From positions 1,409 to 65,408 of the IMG/VR virus record IMGVR_UViG_3300045988_083295: DNA of 64,000 nt, one strand, 5' to 3'. Below the pieces are notes generated by a model that was not told the origin of the DNA, made no database searches, and was given only the letters and a program-made list of their open reading frames with translations. This DNA is from a virus. Of the stretch, positions 17,395 through 27,315 are shown one piece after another (positions within the stretch are counted from its first letter, which is position 1; the number at the start of each line of letters is the position of its first letter). The position numbers were made by a program, and so were the translations under genes.

Positions 17395-19515
17395 ATGAGC
17401 GAAGATGATATCATAAGAATCAACGAAGAACGTAACGCTCGCCTATTCGCCCCATTCAACCCGGTAACGGGAGAGGGCAGTATAGGCGAGCGTGTTCGTA
17501 TAGAGATAACTGACTTCCCGATTCGAGTGCAGTATATCCCCAAGCAGATGATGAGCAACAGCTATGTGCGTAGGCTTGTCAAGGCAGGAAGTGTCGTTGA
17601 ATTCTGCAAGAGATATCTGCATGACGAGGACGGAGGCAAGATAACACGACCCGACCCTTGTCAGATTGAATGCGTCATCAAGCAGATGACACGCATACGA
17701 TGCCGATTTGACTTTCCGTTCTGGGCGGTTGTTTACGTGATGATCAAGGTGAAGGGCGGTGGTGCAGACATACACTTTTCGCTGAATTACCCACAGCGCA
17801 AACTCATATCCACATTCGAGGCGATGCGCGTTGCAGGAATGCCCATCCGACTTATCCTGCTCAAGGCTCGTCAGTGGGGTGGCTCTACCGCTACACAGAT
17901 ATATATGTCTTGGTTGCAGCTTGTTCACCAAGTCGGCCTTAACTCTCTCATTGTCGGACATGTGAAGGATGCCTCCTATGAGGTAAAGGATATGTTCGAC
18001 CGCATGATCAACAGTTATCCAGCAGAGATGCTGCATGAACTCAACGAACAATATGATCCCGCAGAACGCAAGATTGAAGGTGTTGGCAACAGTGGCAATA
18101 TCACCAGAATCATCGCACGCAATTGTAAGATCAAGATTGGCTCATATGAGAAACCTGAATCAGCACGTGGCGGTGATTACAACTTGGTTCATTGCACGGA
18201 GGTCGGTCTGTGGGAGTCAACTGACAAGAAGACTGCCGCCAAGGTCGTTCGTTCGGCATGCGGCGGTATGGCCTACAAGCCATACACGATGATTGTGTAT
18301 GAGAGTACGGCTAACGGAACTGGCAACTTCTTCGAGAAGGAATACCATGATGCCAAGAAGAATGACTCCCAATACAAAGCTTTGTTTATTGCGTGGTTCG
18401 AGATTGAACTATATAGGCTTGAGGTTAAAAACAAACGTGCCTTTGCCGCAAGCCTTCTGAAGAACAAGAATAACGCCTACTCTCCCAGTGACCGAAGCGA
18501 GCCGGGAAGGTATCTGTGGTATCTGTGGGAATGCGGTGCTACACTTGAGGCCATCGCATGGTATATAGAGGAGCGCAAAAAATACTACGACCATGGGGAT
18601 ATGGCTTCGGAGTATCCTACTGATGACGATGAAGCATTCACCTATTCAGGCTGCAAGGTCTTCGACAAGATTCTTGTGGAGCAGCTTAGGGGAGGATGCC
18701 GTCCTCCGCGTTATGTCGGGGATGTGTATGGCAATTCGGATGGAGGCAAGAAAGCCTTGCTTGGTCTTCGATTCAAGGAAGATTCAACGGGCTTGCTATG
18801 CGTATGGGAGAAGCCAGAGATATTCACGGACATTCGTATTACCGACAGATATCTGGTTGTGGTTGATATCGGTGGCCGACATGCCAAGGCCGACTGGTCT
18901 GTCATTGTCGTCATTGACCGACTGCCCTTGATGGATGGTGGCCATCCCGAAGTCGTTGCACAATGGTATGGCCACATTGACATGGACTTGCTTGCATGGA
19001 AGGCGATGCAGATATCGTCATGGTATGATGATGCATTGCTTGTCATCGAATCGAATACGCTTGAAACGAAAGACAAGGAACGAATCGTGGAAGGGGACCA
19101 AAGTGAATTCATCCTGAATCAAGTCAAGTCCGTCTACCCGAATCTGTATGCACGCCAACAGAGCGAAGCGGACATACGTGAAGGTGCTCCAGTCAAGTAT
19201 GGCTTCCATACCAATGTGTCAACAAAGCCGATGATCATCAGTCATCTTATCAAGATGGTGCGCGAGAAGGGATGGGTTGAACGCGACGAGCAATGTCTTG
19301 ACGAGTTGCTTACCTACGAGTTGAAACCGAATGGGGCATATGGTGCCATAGCTGGCAAGCACGATGACTTGCTGATGACTCGCGCTATCGGGCTATGGAT
19401 AGCGTACAACATTAATGTGATGCCATTACCTCGTCAGGTTACTCTTCATCCCAATAACGATGGACTTAAAGGTGTCGCAAGCCATGTGAAGAATGTGACG
19501 GAGGCCGTCATGTAG
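17395..19515 (+). CDS. terL: Terminase large subunit
   Basis: 706 aa. Walker A-like LLKARQWGGSTAT (terminase K-x-R-Q-x-G-x-S/T signature). C-terminal nuclease-type acidic strand VVVDIGGRHAKADWSVIVVID. Confidence 0.85.
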   Translation: MSEDDIIRINEERNARLFAPFNPVTGEGSIGERVRIEITDFPIRVQYIPKQMMSNSYVRRLVKAGSVVEFCKRYLHDEDGGKITRPDPCQIECVIKQMTRIRCRFDFPFWAVVYVMIKVKGGGADIHFSLNYPQRKLISTFEAMRVAGMPIRLILLKARQWGGSTATQIYMSWLQLVHQVGLNSLIVGHVKDASYEVKDMFDRMINSYPAEMLHELNEQYDPAERKIEGVGNSGNITRIIARNCKIKIGSYEKPESARGGDYNLVHCTEVGLWESTDKKTAAKVVRSACGGMAYKPYTMIVYESTANGTGNFFEKEYHDAKKNDSQYKALFIAWFEIELYRLEVKNKRAFAASLLKNKNNAYSPSDRSEPGRYLWYLWECGATLEAIAWYIEERKKYYDHGDMASEYPTDDDEAFTYSGCKVFDKILVEQLRGGCRPPRYVGDVYGNSDGGKKALLGLRFKEDSTGLLCVWEKPEIFTDIRITDRYLVVVDIGGRHAKADWSVIVVIDRLPLMDGGHPEVVAQWYGHIDMDLLAWKAMQISSWYDDALLVIESNTLETKDKERIVEGDQSEFILNQVKSVYPNLYARQQSEADIREGAPVKYGFHTNVSTKPMIISHLIKMVREKGWVERDEQCLDELLTYELKPNGAYGAIAGKHDDLLMTRAIGLWIAYNINVMPLPRQVTLHPNNDGLKGVASHVKNVTEAVM

Positions 19516-19903
19516 TGCGTCTTACACGGTTGATGATGGACTTGGCTTGCGATGCAGACAGATAGAATCGTGGTGCAGGAGAATTGACCACGATGGATAC
19601 AAGCAGTTGTAGCGGTGCTTCGGGGTGGGAGATTCGCAATTCCTTGACACGAGCGAAGATCTCATCGTACATATCACGTTTCTCCCCGGTCGTGCAGATG
19701 TAACGCCCAGCCATCATTGTACGTATGACTGTTATGGCACGCTCCTCAGACACCCAGAACCGTGAGCACGGCATGGATACGACTTCAGAAAATACCTGAT
19801 TCATGATGATATGTTTAGTTGTGGCCATCACAACGCGAAACGCATGCAGCAACTCTCTCTCTCGCTCAGCTGCATAGGGAAAAATAGAACCTATGTGTTT
19901 CAT
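19508..19903 (-). CDS. Hypothetical protein, opposite strand inside the late region
   Basis: ORF track. Has its own TACCTTTG -7 box 25 nt upstream. Its 3' end overlaps the terL stop by 8 nt. Confidence 0.6.
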   Translation of the reverse strand: MKHIGSIFPYAAERERELLHAFRVVMATTKHIIMNQVFSEVVSMPCSRFWVSEERAITVIRTMMAGRYICTTGEKRDMYDEIFARVKELRISHPEAPLQLLVSIVVNSPAPRFYLSASQAKSIINRVRRTT

Positions 19904-19928
19904 GTGTAAGGGGAATATGATGTGGTTG

Positions 19929-19936
19929 CAAAGGTA
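19929..19936 (-). promoter_or_regulatory. Bacteroides-type -7 box (TACCTTTG on minus strand)
   Basis: Matches the TAnnTTTG consensus, 25 nt upstream of the ATG at 19903. Confidence 0.55.
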
Positions 19937-19955
19937 ATCAATATATACTACTCAA

Positions 19956-20001
19956 GAGGACGGAAATACGATTTTTATTCGGAAGCATGCCTTTATCTTT
20001 G
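19956..20001 (+). promoter_or_regulatory. Late promoter copy: GAGGACGGAAATACG box plus TATCTTTG -7 box
   Basis: GACGGAAATAC starts 35 nt upstream of TATCTTTG (19994-20001). ATG at 20024. Confidence 0.6.
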
Positions 20002-20023
20002 CGTAAAATAATGTGACATATAT

Positions 20024-20857
20024 ATGGACGAAAAGGACAAGAAAACGGAAGAGGCCGAGCATAAAGCCGAACAGCTTACGCCTGAGTTGCCTCCTGCCAA
20101 GGATACGGAAGGAGGGGAAGCACCTGCCGGTGCGCCTATGCCCTCCAAGCGTGATGCCTTGCGTGATAGGTTGAGGAAGAAATATCCCGACAAGAACTTT
20201 GACGATGACGAAGTGCTCGCAGGACAGATTAGCGATGACTACGATGCCACCGAGAAGGAACTTGGCGAATACCGCGAACATGAACGTCAGCTTGGAGATA
20301 TGCTCGATGCAGACCCTCGCAGTGCTGTCGTTCTTCAGGATCTGAAGAACGGCAAGAATATAGTCACCTCACTTGTGAATAAGTTCGGTATGGACTTCCT
20401 CGAATACATGGATGATCCTGAACACCAAGAGGAACTTGCCCAAGCACAGAAGGAATATCTCGAACGTGTGGCCAACGAGAAGAAACTCGAAGATGAATAC
20501 CAGAAGAATCTTGAATCTTCGCTGAATGCCATTGACAAGGCTCAGGAAGAGAACGGTTGGGATGACGATTTCGTCAACAACGGTTTCAAGAAGGTGTTCG
20601 ACATTGTCAACGATGCCATCAATGGCAAGATCTCACCCGAAACCATCCGACTCCTCAACGATGGTGACAGTCATGACGATGACGTGGCCAAGGCTGGCGA
20701 AGAGGGAGAGGTTCGTGGCCGCAACGCCAAAATCACCAATGCGCTCCGCAAGGGCAAAAAGGGCGATGGTACGCCCCACCTTGGCGGTGGCGCAGGTTCC
20801 AAGCCTCGCAAGGAAGGTGGCAGTTCCATCTTCGATATTGCGGCTGGAGCACGATAA
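20024..20857 (+). CDS. Scaffolding-like protein
   Basis: Highly acidic/charged, helical-looking 277-aa protein directly upstream of the capsid-like gene. Confidence 0.5.
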   Translation: MDEKDKKTEEAEHKAEQLTPELPPAKDTEGGEAPAGAPMPSKRDALRDRLRKKYPDKNFDDDEVLAGQISDDYDATEKELGEYREHERQLGDMLDADPRSAVVLQDLKNGKNIVTSLVNKFGMDFLEYMDDPEHQEELAQAQKEYLERVANEKKLEDEYQKNLESSLNAIDKAQEENGWDDDFVNNGFKKVFDIVNDAINGKISPETIRLLNDGDSHDDDVAKAGEEGEVRGRNAKITNALRKGKKGDGTPHLGGGAGSKPRKEGGSSIFDIAAGAR

Positions 20858-20896
20858 GAATATTATTAATCCAAATAAACAAGACATAAAAGAATT

Positions 20897-22420
20897 ATGG
20901 GAGAAGAAGTTAAAACTGTGGCAGACCCCACTATTGTCCCTTCCGAGGGTTCGGCTGGCGTGAAGAGCCAGATTAACGGTCAGGCCGTAACCGTCAGTGC
21001 AGGTGCAGAGGCCACTGGCGGCATTAACGCTGGTAACCTTTTTGATTCCGCTCTTGACAAAGACCTGTTCATGTTCAAGAGCGATGATACGCCTCTTATG
21101 CAGCTCATGCTCACGGCCAAGGCCGTTCAGGTGGACTCACCCGTAGTCCAGCACTACATGATTGACGAGCCGAAACATACCATCACTCAGCTTACCGAGA
21201 TTGAAGCCAACACGGGTGCAGACACCTTCGAACTCAATCTCAGTGCTGCTGACAAACGTATCCCGGCTGCATATGGCACTATCCTCGTCAAGGGTGTTGA
21301 TGGCTATGCCGCAGACGGCAAGACCAAGATGCCCGGTCAGGCTCTCATGCTGTTCGTGGTGAGCAACAACGACAACAAGCCCACGGTGATGGCTGTCAAC
21401 GGTCCCAAGACGGATGCTTCCGATGAATTCTGTACCGTTCCCCAGATACCTGCCGGTACGGAGATGGTTGTGCTCTCAAACGCATGTTACGAGACCCAGA
21501 AGCATGTTGACCCCGACATGGTTGTTCCGCAGCCTCAGACGCTCTATCTTCAGAAGCGCGTGATGAATCAGATCATCTCTGATTACTTCGACCATCAGAA
21601 GAAGCGTATCCCGTTCAACAACGCCATCATCGCAGAACAGATGCTCACGAACTTCAAGACTCGCAACAACCGCACACTGTGGGCTGGCCAGCAGGGCAAG
21701 TTCACCGTGATGGGCAAGAACGGTACTGGTCAGCAGACCGTCTACTGCACCAAGGGTGTACGCTGGCAGTTCAAGCGCGAGTTGCAGCATGAGGGTAAGT
21801 GGACTGTCGAGAAGCTCATTGCCCTTGCCAAGATGTTCTACACGGGCGAAGACGTACCTGCAACTGGTATCATCCTCGCTGGTAAGAACTTCCTGGAGAA
21901 TATCCAGTGTATCGACTACAGCAAGCACCCCGAGATCCAGATTACCACCAAGGTCAACCCCATAGGCTGGGAGGTGACGAACTTCCACACCGTATTCGGT
22001 GACTTGCAGATCAAGCGTGAACCGACTCTTGACAGACTCGGCTGGAGCAATTCCGCTGCCGTTCTTGGTATGGGTCGCTTGGTACACTACAAGTATACCA
22101 ATGAGCATGAATTCAACGAGAACGTTGAAGGTGAAGAAGCCAAGCGCAAGGGCTTGATCCTTTGGGACGGCCTTGCCCTGAAGGGTGCATGCCATATCTG
22201 GATTGACGGTGAGGGTGACAGCACAACCGGTGATGGTGTCAGCGCAATGACCATGAAGATGTGGGATAGCGAGGAAGCCCCTGCCAAGGACAAGATGGTG
22301 TACTACCTGATGAAGGACTGCCCCGGTATCGGAGCCAACGCCAAGAGCGGAACGATGTGGCAGTGGAACGGCACAAGCTGGGCACCCTACAACGGTGAGG
22401 TGATGAGCAAAAGTGCATAA
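20897..22420 (+). CDS. Major capsid protein candidate
   Basis: 507-aa ORF after the scaffold-like gene, followed by a strong hairpin. The call is position-based only. Confidence 0.55.
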   Translation: MGEEVKTVADPTIVPSEGSAGVKSQINGQAVTVSAGAEATGGINAGNLFDSALDKDLFMFKSDDTPLMQLMLTAKAVQVDSPVVQHYMIDEPKHTITQLTEIEANTGADTFELNLSAADKRIPAAYGTILVKGVDGYAADGKTKMPGQALMLFVVSNNDNKPTVMAVNGPKTDASDEFCTVPQIPAGTEMVVLSNACYETQKHVDPDMVVPQPQTLYLQKRVMNQIISDYFDHQKKRIPFNNAIIAEQMLTNFKTRNNRTLWAGQQGKFTVMGKNGTGQQTVYCTKGVRWQFKRELQHEGKWTVEKLIALAKMFYTGEDVPATGIILAGKNFLENIQCIDYSKHPEIQITTKVNPIGWEVTNFHTVFGDLQIKREPTLDRLGWSNSAAVLGMGRLVHYKYTNEHEFNENVEGEEAKRKGLILWDGLALKGACHIWIDGEGDSTTGDGVSAMTMKMWDSEEAPAKDKMVYYLMKDCPGIGANAKSGTMWQWNGTSWAPYNGEVMSKSA

Positions 22421-22431
22421 TGAATAACTCT

Positions 22432-22463
22432 AGCGGAGGCGATGTTCGGATTTCGCCTCCGCT
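22432..22463 (+). terminator. Strong hairpin after the capsid-like gene (terminator/attenuator-like, no U tract)
   Basis: 10-bp stem AGCGGAGGCG / CGCCTCCGCT with a 12-nt loop. Confidence 0.4.
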
Positions 22464-22489
22464 AATATAACTCCATAAACATACGCATA

Positions 22490-22978
22490 ATGGCTAAAAT
22501 TAAAGTGTATGGCGTGATGGGTCTCATCGAATGGAAGCCAGTCATCCACATTGGCCAAGCCACGTTCTGTCCTCTTTTTACGGGAGGCTCAGTCAGTGGA
22601 TTCGGTATTACCCCAGCAACATACAAGACATCAAACCCCGCAGAGCAGCATATCATCGAACACAGTTCGCACTTCAAGAGCGGACGAATCACTCTTCGTT
22701 ACACGCTTGACGCACCGACCCAGCAGGAGGAGGATGCGGAAGAGGTCGAAAATGACAGTGCAGCTCACCAAGACAAGGAATCAGTGGAACTGCCCCCTAA
22801 CCGCACCAAGAAGACAGAAGACCCTTCCATCAGCGAAGAGATGGAATTCGGCTCATTGAGTGACGCGCGTGCATGGCTGTTTGACACTTATGGCATCGAC
22901 AAGAGCAGCGTGATCACCAAGGCCGCAGTTGCGAAGGCTGCTCGCGCGAAGGGCGTTAAGGTTACGTTTACTGATTAA
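22490..22978 (+). CDS. Hypothetical late protein
   Basis: ORF track, ATG start, acidic central region. Confidence 0.6.
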   Translation: MAKIKVYGVMGLIEWKPVIHIGQATFCPLFTGGSVSGFGITPATYKTSNPAEQHIIEHSSHFKSGRITLRYTLDAPTQQEEDAEEVENDSAAHQDKESVELPPNRTKKTEDPSISEEMEFGSLSDARAWLFDTYGIDKSSVITKAAVAKAARAKGVKVTFTD

Positions 22979-22989
22979 GCGATACAAAC

Positions 22990-25002
22990 ATGGCGAACGC
23001 AAAGAAACTTCATTCCCTTAAGAACGTTCGAGTTGAAGACTCAATGGAAGAGAACGACATTGACAGCGTGGCCTACGCCAAGGCCCGAAGACCTGCCCGT
23101 GCCTATGACATCCTTCTCGAAGCGAAGACTTACTGGGACAACATGGACTTCTACCGAAAGGAGCGTGAACGTTGTAAGAACTACAACTTCGGCAAGCAAT
23201 GGGATGATATGATTGAGGTTGATGGCGTGCGCATGTCTGAAGAGAAGTACATTCACAGTATGGGCAATGTAGCCCTCAAGAACAACCTCATCAGACGCTT
23301 GGTTCGTAACGTGATCGGTGTCTATCGCTCGCAGGACAAGGAACCTACATGCATGGCACGTGACCGTGCCGAACAGAAGGAGGCCGAAACGCTCAGCACC
23401 ATCCTGCAATACAACATGCAGACCAACCGCATGAGTGAGATGTATGCTCGCACCATGGAGGAATTCCTCATCGGTGCTTTCATTGTCCACAAGAAGTGGT
23501 GGGGATGGAAGGATAGCCGTCAGGACTGTTGGACGGACAATGTCAATCCGAGAAGGTTCTTCATTGACACCAATGCCCGCGACATGAGAGGATGGGACGT
23601 GACGTGTGTTGGTGAGATTCACGATGTGACGTTTGGTGAACTTGCGTCCAATTTCGCCACTAATCCGCAGGATTATGAGCGACTGTCGCAGATATACCAT
23701 GCGGCTCATCAGATGAAGCCCAATGGCGTGATGTTCCGTAATACGTTCGGTATGCCTGACACGAAGAGTTTCGATTTCCTCTTCAGTGAGGATGAATCGC
23801 TGTGCAGGGTCATCGAAGTGTGGCGCAAGGAAACCAAGCCCCGTTACCGCTGTCACGACTGGAACACCGGCCAGATGTTCCGAATTGACGTGGAGGATTA
23901 CGCGGAAGTCGTGGAGGCGGAGAACAAGCGTAGGCTTGAGATGGGGCAGAGCGTCGGCATGGATGCTGATGACATTCCTCTCATTGAGGCGGAGTGGTAC
24001 GTTGACAACTACTGGTACTTCTACTATCTCAGCCCATTCGGCGATGTGCTTGGTGAAGGAGAGACACCTTACGCCCATGGCAGTCACCCTTACGTGTTCA
24101 AGGCTTATCCATTCATTGATGGCGAGATACATTCCTTCGTCTCTGATGTGATAGACCAACAGCGTTACACCAACCGACTCATCACCCTTTACGACTGGGT
24201 GATACGTGCAAGTGCCAAGGGTGTGCTTCTTGTGCCTGATGACTGTATCCCCGATGACGTTAGCCCAGAACAGTTTGCGGATTCGTGGACACGTGTGAAT
24301 GGTGTCGTGTTGTATAAGGCCAAGCCGGGCGTTCCTGCTCCTACTCAGGTTGCCCAGAATTCAACCAATGTCGGTATTGGTGACCTGCTCAATGTGCAGC
24401 TGAAGTTCTTCGAGGATATCAGTGGCGTGCATGGCGCGCTCCAAGGACGCAAGGGCGTAAGCGGTGAGAGTGGTGCTCTCTACGCCCAACAGACGCAGAA
24501 CGCAACGACCTCATTGCTAGACATTCTTGATTCGTTCTCTCAGTTCGAGATTGATGCTGCTTATAAGGATATCAAGAATATCCAGCAGTTCTACGATGCC
24601 AAGCGTGTTACCAATATCGCTGGAGACGATTCCAGGACGTTCAGTGCGGACCCTGAGAAGGTTCTACAGATTGAATGCGACATCAGCATTACGGAAAGTT
24701 CTACTTCACCAGCTTATAGGGACAATGCCAATCAGATGCTTCTCCAGTTCTGGCAGGCCAATCAGATTACGCTCAAGCAATTGCTTGAGGTAGGCAAATT
24801 CCCCTTCGCAGACGAGTTGCTTCAGAATATTGAAAGTCAGGAGCAACAGATGGCCAATGGTGAGCAGGTGCAAGGTATTGACCCGTCTGTGATGCAGCAA
24901 GCAGCCCAAGAGGGCAATCCGAGCACAGCAGACAGAATCTACGACCTTATCAGAAGCGGTGATAGCGGCAATGTTCAACAACCTAATCAGATGGCACAAT
25001 GA
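22990..25002 (+). CDS. Portal protein candidate
   Basis: 670 aa. N-terminal NYNFGKQWDD resembles the Y-x-G-x-QW motif common in portal/connector proteins. Q-rich C-terminus. Confidence 0.45.
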   Translation: MANAKKLHSLKNVRVEDSMEENDIDSVAYAKARRPARAYDILLEAKTYWDNMDFYRKERERCKNYNFGKQWDDMIEVDGVRMSEEKYIHSMGNVALKNNLIRRLVRNVIGVYRSQDKEPTCMARDRAEQKEAETLSTILQYNMQTNRMSEMYARTMEEFLIGAFIVHKKWWGWKDSRQDCWTDNVNPRRFFIDTNARDMRGWDVTCVGEIHDVTFGELASNFATNPQDYERLSQIYHAAHQMKPNGVMFRNTFGMPDTKSFDFLFSEDESLCRVIEVWRKETKPRYRCHDWNTGQMFRIDVEDYAEVVEAENKRRLEMGQSVGMDADDIPLIEAEWYVDNYWYFYYLSPFGDVLGEGETPYAHGSHPYVFKAYPFIDGEIHSFVSDVIDQQRYTNRLITLYDWVIRASAKGVLLVPDDCIPDDVSPEQFADSWTRVNGVVLYKAKPGVPAPTQVAQNSTNVGIGDLLNVQLKFFEDISGVHGALQGRKGVSGESGALYAQQTQNATTSLLDILDSFSQFEIDAAYKDIKNIQQFYDAKRVTNIAGDDSRTFSADPEKVLQIECDISITESSTSPAYRDNANQMLLQFWQANQITLKQLLEVGKFPFADELLQNIESQEQQMANGEQVQGIDPSVMQQAAQEGNPSTADRIYDLIRSGDSGNVQQPNQMAQ

Positions 25003-25694
25003 AGGCTTACAATATAATGGATATCAAGCGGAGGGTTCGCTCCATCATTGACCAGAATATGGAAGATGGTCAGCTGAGTGCCAATATGGATGTTGACACA
25101 CTTGAACTTGACGATGTGATTCAGGAGAACATTGTTCCCGGTATACGCATGGTTGAGATTGGAGCTGCATTCATGCTGCTTGGCAATGGCAAGGATTTCA
25201 GTGAGGGGTTGGTTGGCAAGCCTGATCCTAAAGTTGATGACTGCATGGTGTTCAAAATGCCGAAGGATTATCTGAGGCTGGTCTACTTCTGTATGTCTTC
25301 ATGGATGGTTGGCGTGAGCCGAACCATCAGTGTGCAAGACCCACGTTACGCCATGCAGAGAGGAACGGTCGGAATGGCCAGAGGTTGTGCAGAACGACCT
25401 GTCGTTGCTGAGGCATACAGCAAGGAAGGACTTACTCTTGAGGCGTATGGCTGCAACAGTGATGACACTGTGCTCGTTGCGCAGTATATTCCTGAGCCAG
25501 CTATCAATGAGTCTGACCAAGTTGAATTTCCCCACCGACTGGAAGAGGCTTCGCTCTATGCCATTGCAGCTCTTACTTGCACCTCATTCGGCGATGTTGG
25601 CCGTGCGCAGATATTCATGACTACAGCTCGCCAATTAGGCAGTATTCATATTGACAGTTCAGAAGTGGAACAGAATAATACGAGCGATCAATGA
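24999..25694 (+). CDS. Hypothetical virion protein
   Basis: ATGA overlap with the upstream gene. ORF track. Confidence 0.6.
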   Translation: MKAYNIMDIKRRVRSIIDQNMEDGQLSANMDVDTLELDDVIQENIVPGIRMVEIGAAFMLLGNGKDFSEGLVGKPDPKVDDCMVFKMPKDYLRLVYFCMSSWMVGVSRTISVQDPRYAMQRGTVGMARGCAERPVVAEAYSKEGLTLEAYGCNSDDTVLVAQYIPEPAINESDQVEFPHRLEEASLYAIAALTCTSFGDVGRAQIFMTTARQLGSIHIDSSEVEQNNTSDQ

Positions 25695-26431
25695 AGAAAG
25701 AATGGAAAGACATAGAAGGCTACAGGGTACGCATTGACGTAGGCAGTAGTCTTTCAGAAGCCATGTCGAGTAGCATGGAGGCGGCTGTCATCTGTTTCAC
25801 CACGGATGGACATATCGTGCTCAATGGTATCTCTTACATTGTCAGTACGACTGAGTTTGAATCTCTGAAGACTGACGTTGAATCATGGGGACAGATTATC
25901 AGCGACAATCAGCAGTCCATCCGCACACTTAGGGATGATGTTGATACGCTGAAGACCCAGATGGAGGATGCTATCAACTGCATTGGCGAATTGCAGGAAA
26001 ACGACAAGAAGCACGACAAGCGACTTGATGAGTTGGATGGCATTGCGGATGACCTCAGTCAGCGTGTGGTTGATCTTGAGACGTTCAGGGAAACTGCAAC
26101 TAACGATATTGACTTCCTCAAGAGACAAGACACAGCTCACTCGACCATTGAGAATGCGCATGCCGCGAGGATTGAATCCCTTGAGACTTCCTATCAATCT
26201 ATCCCATCAATCTACGCCACTAAGGAAAATCTATCCACAGTGGGCAAGATGGCGAACGAGGCACAGAAGAGTAGCCAGACCAACTCGAAATTTATCTTCG
26301 ATCACGAGGAGAGAATTTCAGCTTTGGAGAAGGGTGGTGGTGGAGGCTCTTCTGATTCTGCCCTTAAAGCTCGCGTAGCGGAACTTGAGGCTCAGATGGA
26401 TGCAATCAAGAAACTTCTCACGATGGTATAA
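25691..26431 (+). CDS. Coiled-coil fibre-like protein
   Basis: The N-terminus (IEGYRVRIDVGSS...TTDGHIVLNG) is paralogous to the N-terminus of the 30456 fibre. Long heptad-like region and a GGGGGSS linker. Confidence 0.6.
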   Translation: MKKEWKDIEGYRVRIDVGSSLSEAMSSSMEAAVICFTTDGHIVLNGISYIVSTTEFESLKTDVESWGQIISDNQQSIRTLRDDVDTLKTQMEDAINCIGELQENDKKHDKRLDELDGIADDLSQRVVDLETFRETATNDIDFLKRQDTAHSTIENAHAARIESLETSYQSIPSIYATKENLSTVGKMANEAQKSSQTNSKFIFDHEERISALEKGGGGGSSDSALKARVAELEAQMDAIKKLLTMV

Positions 26432-26493
26432 TGACTATCTAAAATAAGAATGTAGCTACATTTTACAAATAACAAACAAAAACAATTAATCAA

Positions 26494-27300
26494 ATGGCAA
26501 ATCTTAAAGACATTGCTGCGGGAACTATGATTGGCTTCAGTGCCAATAAGACCGAAGCTCAGGCCAAAGCAGATACTTCTACTAATCGTGTGGATATCTG
26601 TAAGACTAAGCAGCTCTACCTCAACGGTGAGAGAGTCGGCCTTAGTGACGCGGAAGCTGGATACCTCACCAAGAAGGTTCAGGAAGAGTATAACGCACGC
26701 ATGAGTGTGAGCGTATCTCTCAGTAATAATGTGCTTGAGAAGGGTGCGCAGAACACCGTTCTGATTAATGTCCACGTGAAGTGGGACGGTGCCTTTGTTG
26801 ACCCCGGCAAGAGCAATATCACCTGCAAGATTGGCGGAACGGTCATTGAACTCACTAAGAGTGGCAGCGCCTACACTGGCTCAACCACGCAAACCACTTC
26901 TTTCTCAGTCAGCGTTACTGCCACCTATAATGGTATCACCAAGACGGCATCTGCATCTGCTTCTGCATACTACAAGTTCTACGTTGGTCAGTCCACGGCA
27001 AGCAGCATCACATCTCTTCCTTCAAGCGGATTCACGGCTAAGGGTCCTCAGGCAAGTGCGGCTGGTACTTATCCGTTCACGTTCACAGCCGGTCAGTATG
27101 CATACTTTCTTCTTCCTGAAGGTGTGGCAAGAGGTAAGTTTACTTCAGCTGGTGCTGACGGCCTCTATCACGCTGTGGAAGGTGTATCGGACGTTCCGTT
27201 CATCAAACAGTCAACTGCGGCCTCAATCGGTGGTGTGTCCTATGATGTGTTCCGTCTCGCCAACGCGCAGGCTGCATCGTCTCATTCAATCACCATCTAA
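26494..27300 (+). CDS. Structural protein, S/T-rich beta-type (fibre/receptor-binding candidate)
   Basis: ORF track. The composition and its neighbours suggest a tail appendage. Confidence 0.55.
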   Translation: MANLKDIAAGTMIGFSANKTEAQAKADTSTNRVDICKTKQLYLNGERVGLSDAEAGYLTKKVQEEYNARMSVSVSLSNNVLEKGAQNTVLINVHVKWDGAFVDPGKSNITCKIGGTVIELTKSGSAYTGSTTQTTSFSVSVTATYNGITKTASASASAYYKFYVGQSTASSITSLPSSGFTAKGPQASAAGTYPFTFTAGQYAYFLLPEGVARGKFTSAGADGLYHAVEGVSDVPFIKQSTAASIGGVSYDVFRLANAQAASSHSITI

Positions 27301-27315
27301 AAAGCGTAGTAGACA

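Noticed and set aside
22551-22859. 102-aa ORF in a second frame inside 22490-22978
   Set aside because: It is fully contained in the longer ORF that has the ATG start immediately after the capsid hairpin. Its basic, Arg/Ser-rich composition suggests an artefact.
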